From a bacterium (GTDB lineage Bacteria; Arandabacterota; Arandabacteria; Arandabacterales; Arandabacteraceae): DNA of 64,000 nucleotides. The translations under genes and the position numbers were made by a program. The first letter of the stretch is position 1, and every line of letters begins with the position of its first letter. The DNA lies in the NCBI GenBank assembly GCA_025774405.1, contig JALGWB010000001.1, positions 16,609-80,608 on the forward strand, written 5' to 3'. The notes beneath the pieces were generated by a model that was not told the DNA's origin, searched no databases, and saw only the letters and a list, made by a program, of their open reading frames with translations. This document shows, piece after piece, positions 45,540 through 52,313 of the stretch.

Positions 45540-46984
45540 AGCACCATCAGCACTCTCTACAGGCCGAGGCGGTATGGGGGAAAGCCTACGGCGTGTTTGA
45601 TCGAATTGTTCAGTTGAGAGGTTTCAGGACTGGCGTCGAGGTTGGCGTTGCTTTTGGAGGGCACATAGAAGCACTTCTCAACATCCCCACTATTGAGAAG
45701 GTCTATGGAGTTGATCCCTATCAGCAAACAGGAACTAGCAGCTCCTTGGGCCTCTCGCAGTCTGAGATGGATACCCTCTATCTCTTCGTTCTGAACAGAC
45801 TTGCCCCGTTTGGCGATCGTTACCAGCCTGTACGAAAAAGCTCGGTAGAGGCATCGTCTATCATCCCGCAGGAGATTGATTTCGTCTACATAGACGCTGA
45901 CCATTCCTACCAGGAAGTTATGGCGGATCTCTGTGCTTGGTTTCCCAAAGTACGCGAAGGCGGGATAATTGGCGGCCATGACTATTCTCATCCTGACTTG
46001 CCAGGAGTTAAGAAAGCCGTGGATAGATTCTTCAGTCGGTTTGCTCAGCGCGTTCACTCACTAGGCGAATATGTCTGGTGGATAGAGAAGAAGATGCCCA
46101 GCATCAGCTTCGTATTGCCTGCATACAACTGCGCTGAGTTCGTCGAGGAGTCTGTGAAGTCTATTCAGAAGGGGAACTTTGAAGATGGCGACGAGCTCAT
46201 CATTGTTGACGATGGCTCATCTGACAATACCCTGATGATTTTGCAGAGACTGGCCGCGTACTATCCCTCAATAAGGCTTCTCAAACACGACAGTAATAGG
46301 GGCGCATCAGCAGCCAGGAATACAGCGATAGCCAGTGCCAAGAACTCCCTACTCTTCAACCTAGACTCAGATAATATCCTAGTGCCAGGCAGCATCCCCA
46401 AACTCAAAACATATTTGATTAGCTCCAATGCTGATATAGCAGTGTTCGAGGAGACGCGTTTCTTTAGAAACGGAACTGGCCAGATAACACACAGCTGGAA
46501 GTATGGCCCAGGTCTGTTGACTCTATCCGACTGCTTGGCTGGCCAAATAACTCCTGGGGCTAGTGGGAACTATATGTTCACTAAGGAGTCCTGGGCCAAA
46601 GCTGAAGGTTACCCTGAGTTCGCAAAGACCTATGAAACCTGGGGATTCGCCTTCAGGCAGCTAGCCACAGGCTCCAAAATGATGGCAATGCCCGACTCTT
46701 TCTATCTCCATAGGTATGGCCATTCGTCACTCTGGGTGCGAGAAGGAGGAAATCGGAACGCTTCTCGGAAAACTCTAAAGATGATTCTGCCCTTTCTTGG
46801 CCTGCTTGACTACAAGGACGTTGAATACATAATGAGCCACAAGGAGACCTGGCTTACTAACTTATCTCAGCACCCAATACGAGTCAAGGGGAGCGCTCCT
46901 GGGAATTCGGGCAGCATCAAACTCCAGAGCCCTCCACTTGACTATATGGAGCTTTTGTGTCAGAATATAGACGAGGAGACATAA
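45530..46984 (+). CDS. bifunctional TylF/MycF-like O-methyltransferase (N-terminus) and GT2 glycosyltransferase (C-terminus)
   Basis: N-terminus GVEVGVAFGG...FVYIDADHSYQEVMADL...GGIIGGHDY (Methyltransf_24 pattern); C-terminus SISFVLPAYNCAEF...LIIVDDGSSDNT...NRGASAARN. Start set to the internal Met MALKHHQ. Confidence 0.65.
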   Translation: MALKHHQHSLQAEAVWGKAYGVFDRIVQLRGFRTGVEVGVAFGGHIEALLNIPTIEKVYGVDPYQQTGTSSSLGLSQSEMDTLYLFVLNRLAPFGDRYQPVRKSSVEASSIIPQEIDFVYIDADHSYQEVMADLCAWFPKVREGGIIGGHDYSHPDLPGVKKAVDRFFSRFAQRVHSLGEYVWWIEKKMPSISFVLPAYNCAEFVEESVKSIQKGNFEDGDELIIVDDGSSDNTLMILQRLAAYYPSIRLLKHDSNRGASAARNTAIASAKNSLLFNLDSDNILVPGSIPKLKTYLISSNADIAVFEETRFFRNGTGQITHSWKYGPGLLTLSDCLAGQITPGASGNYMFTKESWAKAEGYPEFAKTYETWGFAFRQLATGSKMMAMPDSFYLHRYGHSSLWVREGGNRNASRKTLKMILPFLGLLDYKDVEYIMSHKETWLTNLSQHPIRVKGSAPGNSGSIKLQSPPLDYMELLCQNIDEET

Positions 46985-47571
46985 TGATTGACTACAAGAC
47001 AACCGCTGGTTTCTCCCTGACACTTGAGGAGCGTGAGTTCCTCAAAGACTCTGCTGAGGGCTCTGGCTCCATTGTCAGTATCGAGTCTGGCCCCTGCGCT
47101 GCGCTATGGTGCTTCAGGGCAGGCGCGCCTGAGTCTTCCATCTACAGCGTGAAGGAGCAAGGATCGATCATAGATGGTGATCCAGGAGTAACTATCCTTA
47201 GTGGCTTTTCTGACTTCCCTGGAAACTCTGTAGACCTGCTCTTCATAGATGGCTCACATGCTTTCAAGGATGTTCTACTCGACTTAGTTACTTGGCAAGA
47301 TAGCATCCCGCTGAAAGGCTTAGTGGTCCTTCACGACTATGAGCACAACAATATGCCTGAAGTTAAGCTGGCTACTGAGTTCTGGCTCAAGAACGTCACC
47401 AGGAAAACCTGGCAGCCGATTGAGGCTCCTGGCTCTCTCTTTGCCCTCAGGCGTATTGCTCGTGGGAGGAAGCCAGCTGTTGTCCCCGTAGAGGCCCTCA
47501 AGGAACAGCACGCTGAGCAAGAGAGCGTATCAGAGAAGGCAACCGGCCAAGTGGACCCTAGACAGGACTGA
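46984..47571 (+). CDS. TylF/MycF-like (Methyltransf_24) SAM-dependent O-methyltransferase
   Basis: LLFIDGSHAFKDVLLDLVTWQDSIPLKGLVVLHDY; TAATG stop/start overlap with the upstream gene. Confidence 0.6.
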   Translation: MIDYKTTAGFSLTLEEREFLKDSAEGSGSIVSIESGPCAALWCFRAGAPESSIYSVKEQGSIIDGDPGVTILSGFSDFPGNSVDLLFIDGSHAFKDVLLDLVTWQDSIPLKGLVVLHDYEHNNMPEVKLATEFWLKNVTRKTWQPIEAPGSLFALRRIARGRKPAVVPVEALKEQHAEQESVSEKATGQVDPRQD

Positions 47572-47582
47572 GGAGGGAATAG

Positions 47583-47912
47583 ATGAGGTACTGCCCCATG
47601 TGCGACATCGCTTTGGGCTCACCTGAAGCCCACAAGACCGAATGGTTCTATCATTCAAGGGCAGTTACTATCGTTGAAGACCTTGATCCCAAGGGCTATG
47701 TCCTAAGGCTCTTGGGCGTACCTCGCAAACATTTCGACTGTGAGGCTACAGGGGAGCTTATAGCAGCGATCCGCCAACAGACCATTGAGATAGCCTTAGG
47801 TGTAGCGCGGGCAATATGTCTGGAGCGAGGGCTAGCAATTGCCCAGATCGATACTGAGCATCATTCATTCAGAGATCACTGGCATCTCCAGGTCTGTCTG
47901 AGTTTGAGGTGA
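47583..47912 (+). CDS. HIT-like small protein (N-terminal CPMC, C-terminal HWHLQ)
   Basis: 109 aa; partial histidine-triad pattern (H-x-H-x-Q) and N-terminal CxxC as in some HIT proteins; weak. Confidence 0.3.
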   Translation: MRYCPMCDIALGSPEAHKTEWFYHSRAVTIVEDLDPKGYVLRLLGVPRKHFDCEATGELIAAIRQQTIEIALGVARAICLERGLAIAQIDTEHHSFRDHWHLQVCLSLR

Positions 47913-47918
47913 AAACCT

Positions 47919-50900
47919 ATGTCTGAGCTTCTGATTCGCAAGGTCGGCAACATCTGCTTTGTGCTGGACGAGAAGGGCAAAGATGTCTCAGGTGACTATG
48001 CAGACAGCCTTAACCAGTACAGAGATCTCGGGTTGTCCTCATTCTCCCTGTCAGCGCTGGGCTATGAGAATTCTCTCTATCCTACTGACTGCCTGGAACT
48101 ATCAGGGGAGAGCCTGGCTGAGCTCTCCCATCAGGAACGGGTAGACTTGTTCCTCACGGCTCTTCCCCAAGACCAGGATATCTCCTTCCGGCAATCGAAG
48201 CAAGTAGAGCTATTCAAACCCTTCACTCCGCTGAAGGCCCGCACTGGCTATGGTCTCTATGAGTTCAATAACAAACAAGACCTCTGGGAGATGTGGGCCA
48301 AGGAGCGCATAGAGGCCAAGCGACCGATTGCTGTTCAGGCCAAGTTTGACGGTATCCGGCTTATCGTATTCAGGAAGGGCGACAGAGTTCAGATGCTCAC
48401 CGAGGATAAGAAACGAGACCGTGCTTCTATTCTCCCTGAAGTCGTAGCAGAGATTAAATCTCTGCCAGGCGACTCCTGCATACTGGATGTGGAAGCTGTC
48501 ATTTGGCAGGAGAATCAGCCCATTCCTCGTCGTGAGATGATAAAGATGGTTGTGGGCAAAACACCTCTCAGGGGTGAGGATATCCACATTAATGTCCACG
48601 ATTGTCTGCTAGTAGATGGTAAGCCTCTTAACACTGAGCCCTACTCGGTGCGATTGGCAGCTCTTGACGAACTTCTCCCTAAGGATAAGAAGTTTCTCAG
48701 AAAGGCTCAAACTTGGGTAGCTAAGACTAAAAGCGAGTTCCTGTCTGCCCTCGACAAGGCATCTGCTTATCCTGGCTCAGAAGGAGCTATGGTCAAAACC
48801 TTGGATAGCGACTATCCTATTCGGGGTCGTACCCGAGAAGAGACTGCTGACTGGGGAAAGTTAAAGTTGGCGGTGGAGCTGCATTGCAAAGTCATAGGGC
48901 GTACTCGCAAGCCTAATCCCTGGCCTCCTGACGAACGCCCCAAACGCAATCTCCAGGGTGATGAGGCCCTTAAAGCCTTTCGTAAGTTGCAGAAAGGCTC
49001 CAAGACTTTCTACTATCGCTGTGCCCTTCGGGACGGTAAGAAGCTCATCCCTATCGACTCTGAGCACAAGCTGACTCCTGGAAACCTCTCCCTCAAGTGG
49101 GACGCCGAACACGAGGGCGGAGTCTGGAAAGGCACTGACGACCCTGAAATCTGGGAGATGGCTAAGGGTTTTGAGAACAGGCCCCGAGGCGACTGGGCTT
49201 ATGGCAATACCTACGCCGTTAAGTACGACCCTCCGCCGAAACTGGGCGATATCATCACAGTGGCTCCCATCCTGATGCGAGCCTGGAAGGACAACAGCAC
49301 TACTCACTACTCCTGGACTTTTCCTAGATGCAAAGAGTTTGATCCTACCCGTACACAGCCTGACACCGTCCAGGACGCAGAGCGCATCGTGGCAAAGTCT
49401 CCCAAGTCCATCCGCAAGCATGTTCGTCCTGGGCCTTTTGGGCATCCTGGAGGCAAAACCGTCTTGCTGAAGCATATCCTGCCTAGGATACCTGCCCATG
49501 AGACTTATTGTGAGCCTTATGTCGGATCAGGGGCTGTATTCTTCGCCAAGCCCAAAGCCCACAAGTCAGTTCTAGGGGATACAGACCCTGAGATAATAGC
49601 AGCCCTCCGCTTTGTTCGGGACGCCTCAGCAGAGGATATCGAATGGCTGCGCAAGCAGAACTGGCAGCCGTCCAAGGGTCGCTGGCAGTTCCTCAAGGAT
49701 CAAAAGCCAGTCCGCAAACGAGAGCGCTTCTATCGCTTTAGATACCTGGATATCAACTCCTGGGCTCACTCGCCTGCTAAAGGCTTCGCCCGTAGCAACC
49801 AGCCCGCATCCATGAAAGCCGAAATGGATAAGATCAGGGCAGGCCAGCAGAAACTACGTGGCAATGTCTCTATCGTCCAGCAAGACGCCTTCAAGACTAT
49901 GCGGGAGAATGACTCACTGTCTACTTTCCACTACATTGATCCGCCCTATTGGGGCAGTGGTGACCTTCAGCCCTATGGTGGTAAGGCCCCTGACCCCGAA
50001 GCCCTTGTTAAGTTCCTCAAAGGACTACGCGGCAAGTGGCTACTATCCATGGCAGACAAACCTAGAACGCGCAAGGCCTTCAAGGATTTCAATATCAAGT
50101 CAGTCTCTCGTCAAATGACTTATACAGTTTACTCGCGTAAGACTAAGGCTGGTCAGCCAACACGCACTCGCCGTGAGCTCCTAATTGCTAACTACGACTT
50201 CGCCGATCTCCACGAAGCCGTAGTTCCTCCTGGCGAAGGCGAGAAACCCACCCACAAGAAGCAGCGTGCTGAGGCTGAGCGCAAGTTCGGCGATCCCTAC
50301 ATGGTTCACCAACCTCCCGACAAAACCTTTCCCTTTGTCTATATGCACCATGAGCGGGGTATCTGGACTCAGGCTGAGCTTGTGGGCCTACGCGCCGCAC
50401 TCAAGAACGCCAGACGATATCCTGATCTTATTCCTGACATCTGGAAACGTTACAAGCCTGTCGTCCTAACGACTAGCCTAGAGTCTCTCAGGCGAGACGC
50501 AGAGGCAACCTCCGAGAAGCGGGGTGATGTCACTGCTGCTGTCCACAAGCACCTTGACGAGAAACCTCCCAAAGTTCTTCCTTCCAACAACAAGATACTC
50601 AATGTGGGCAATGTCCATGGTGACTGGCGAATGCGCTCTCCAGAGGGCGAGTTCCTCATTGGGTGGACCCTCTCTACCCCGTCGGTTGTACTCCAGTTTG
50701 CCGACGGCAAAACCGTCTATCCTATCAGGGACAGATTCCTTGAGAACAAGGAGGGCGACAAGATAGTAGCCTACCGCAAGTGTCCTAATCCACTCTGTGA
50801 CGAGGAGCGCTATTTACGCCTAGTTGAATCCAATCCTCATGAGAGCGTGTCCCAGATGTTCGCCAGCGAGGAGGGCGAAATAATTCTCGGTTCCCAACGT

Positions 50901-51950
50901 CCGTTAGCTATGCGATTGGCAGAATCAGGTGCAATCCAACTCTTGGCAGGCTTGCCAGAGAATCTTACTCAGGAATCGGTTCAGCCGATGGTATGGCTCA
51001 CTATCGTCAATCCTAAGCGTCTCGTCTATCAGGTCTCAGCTGGAGGCGTAGGTGCAACGGCGAAGACTGGCGCTAGGTTCATCTTTCGGGATGCTGGGAA
51101 AGTGGCATATGGTTGCCAAAAGTCGGATTTCCATGAGGGGTTTTTCTGGTTCAACCGCCACAAAAATCTCTCAGGCCGCTGGGGAGTCCAGGAGCTAGCA
51201 GGTAGGCCTGAGTACACAAAGCTCGGAACTGAGGGTAACTGGTGGATGGTCAATCATGTCGTCAAAGACCCTCGGCCCTACATCCTCCGCTACTCCCGTG
51301 ATGCTAAGGAGCGGCAGGCTAAAAAGGAACATCTCAAACACATCATCTGGAACGCCGATGTCCTCAAAGTTCTCAAGGCTGACCCTCATGGCCGCAAATG
51401 GCTAGGGCTAACCTCCCAGAAGAAACTAGACGAGAAGTGGGCTGAGTTCTCTGCTGGCAATGGAGAGTTTCGCCTTCGCAAATCGCTCAGCTTCAGCTCG
51501 AAGCTCTTTCACTCACCGGCCGCCGAAAAGCAACTGTTTGTCTATGGGGCAATTCTCATCCCAGGCAAAACTGACGCTCAGGGCCACCATGTTACAGCAA
51601 TAGAGGTCGCTAAGGCCATTCGCACAATGGGGGACATTGGTTTCGATATTGAGCATTCTGAGAAAGTCTCTCCCAACGATCTTAGGCTTACCCAAATCTT
51701 CCAAGCCCCAGTTGGGTTCAAGATTGGCAGCCAGCATTTCAAGAAAGGCACTGCTATTGCCGAGATCGCTGTTCTGTCGCCCGCGATTCGCAAGCGTGTT
51801 CTCTCAGGTGAGATCAGGGGCTTCTCGATCTCCGGGAAAGGGGTTATGGACAACTCGGCAGGCCTGTACGACATTAAGATTCAGAAGATCTCCCTTGTTG
51901 GGAGCCCTGCTATCAAAGAGGATTTCATAATAAAGGTTGAGGACGTGTAA
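47919..51950 (+). CDS. 1343-aa multidomain fusion: ATP-dependent DNA-ligase-like nucleotidyltransferase + Dam-like N6-adenine DNA methyltransferase + unknown middle region + C-terminal prohead-protease-like (XkdF/DUF2213-type) domain
   Basis: Ligase motifs I AKFDGIR (K142), III ILDVEAVIW, IIIa/IV INVHDCLLVDGKPL..PYSVRLAAL, V EGAMVK, VI DWGKLK. Dam motifs FGHPGGKTVLLKHILPRIP..YCEPYVGSGAVFF and HYIDPPYWG. C-terminus ILIPGKTDAQGHHV..GFDIEHSEK..GFSISGKG. Confidence 0.7.
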   Translation: MSELLIRKVGNICFVLDEKGKDVSGDYADSLNQYRDLGLSSFSLSALGYENSLYPTDCLELSGESLAELSHQERVDLFLTALPQDQDISFRQSKQVELFKPFTPLKARTGYGLYEFNNKQDLWEMWAKERIEAKRPIAVQAKFDGIRLIVFRKGDRVQMLTEDKKRDRASILPEVVAEIKSLPGDSCILDVEAVIWQENQPIPRREMIKMVVGKTPLRGEDIHINVHDCLLVDGKPLNTEPYSVRLAALDELLPKDKKFLRKAQTWVAKTKSEFLSALDKASAYPGSEGAMVKTLDSDYPIRGRTREETADWGKLKLAVELHCKVIGRTRKPNPWPPDERPKRNLQGDEALKAFRKLQKGSKTFYYRCALRDGKKLIPIDSEHKLTPGNLSLKWDAEHEGGVWKGTDDPEIWEMAKGFENRPRGDWAYGNTYAVKYDPPPKLGDIITVAPILMRAWKDNSTTHYSWTFPRCKEFDPTRTQPDTVQDAERIVAKSPKSIRKHVRPGPFGHPGGKTVLLKHILPRIPAHETYCEPYVGSGAVFFAKPKAHKSVLGDTDPEIIAALRFVRDASAEDIEWLRKQNWQPSKGRWQFLKDQKPVRKRERFYRFRYLDINSWAHSPAKGFARSNQPASMKAEMDKIRAGQQKLRGNVSIVQQDAFKTMRENDSLSTFHYIDPPYWGSGDLQPYGGKAPDPEALVKFLKGLRGKWLLSMADKPRTRKAFKDFNIKSVSRQMTYTVYSRKTKAGQPTRTRRELLIANYDFADLHEAVVPPGEGEKPTHKKQRAEAERKFGDPYMVHQPPDKTFPFVYMHHERGIWTQAELVGLRAALKNARRYPDLIPDIWKRYKPVVLTTSLESLRRDAEATSEKRGDVTAAVHKHLDEKPPKVLPSNNKILNVGNVHGDWRMRSPEGEFLIGWTLSTPSVVLQFADGKTVYPIRDRFLENKEGDKIVAYRKCPNPLCDEERYLRLVESNPHESVSQMFASEEGEIILGSQRPLAMRLAESGAIQLLAGLPENLTQESVQPMVWLTIVNPKRLVYQVSAGGVGATAKTGARFIFRDAGKVAYGCQKSDFHEGFFWFNRHKNLSGRWGVQELAGRPEYTKLGTEGNWWMVNHVVKDPRPYILRYSRDAKERQAKKEHLKHIIWNADVLKVLKADPHGRKWLGLTSQKKLDEKWAEFSAGNGEFRLRKSLSFSSKLFHSPAAEKQLFVYGAILIPGKTDAQGHHVTAIEVAKAIRTMGDIGFDIEHSEKVSPNDLRLTQIFQAPVGFKIGSQHFKKGTAIAEIAVLSPAIRKRVLSGEIRGFSISGKGVMDNSAGLYDIKIQKISLVGSPAIKEDFIIKVEDV

Positions 51951-52005
51951 GGAAAAGGAGACCTTCGCCTTAGCCATCATCTGGGAACTTGAATGAGGAA
52001 AAGAC

Positions 52006-52224
52006 ATGGCCTTAGATTCCTTCCTAGGACTTGACAAGCGCAGCATAACCGGTTATAATGAAGATAACAAAGCTCATCCCATAGTGCGGGCCTGGATTAG
52101 CCAACTAATTCAGTCTAAAGAGCTAGCCCTGGTCCTAGACAGGTATGAGTTTCGGCGTATCGATGTGACGCTCTCAGCTAGTGGAGGTAAGGCGGTACTC
52201 AAACCGACGATCTCGTTTCGCTAA
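52006..52224 (+). CDS. hypothetical small protein
   Basis: 72-aa ORF between the protease-like domain and the capsid gene. Confidence 0.3.
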   Translation: MALDSFLGLDKRSITGYNEDNKAHPIVRAWISQLIQSKELALVLDRYEFRRIDVTLSASGGKAVLKPTISFR

Positions 52225-52313
52225 TCACATAACCGCTCGCAATAGGCGGAGCAACTGTTTTGTAGTGAGGAGGAGACTACAGCCTCCTCTCTTTCATTCT
52301 AAGGGAGGTAACA

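Noticed and set aside
47959-51930. Small ORFs on both strands inside the 4 kb giant gene (for example 47959..48144, 48210..48599, 48861..49499, 50188..50400, 51637..51930)
   Set aside because: They lie fully inside a continuous 1343-codon frame with recognisable ligase and Dam motifs; shadow ORFs.
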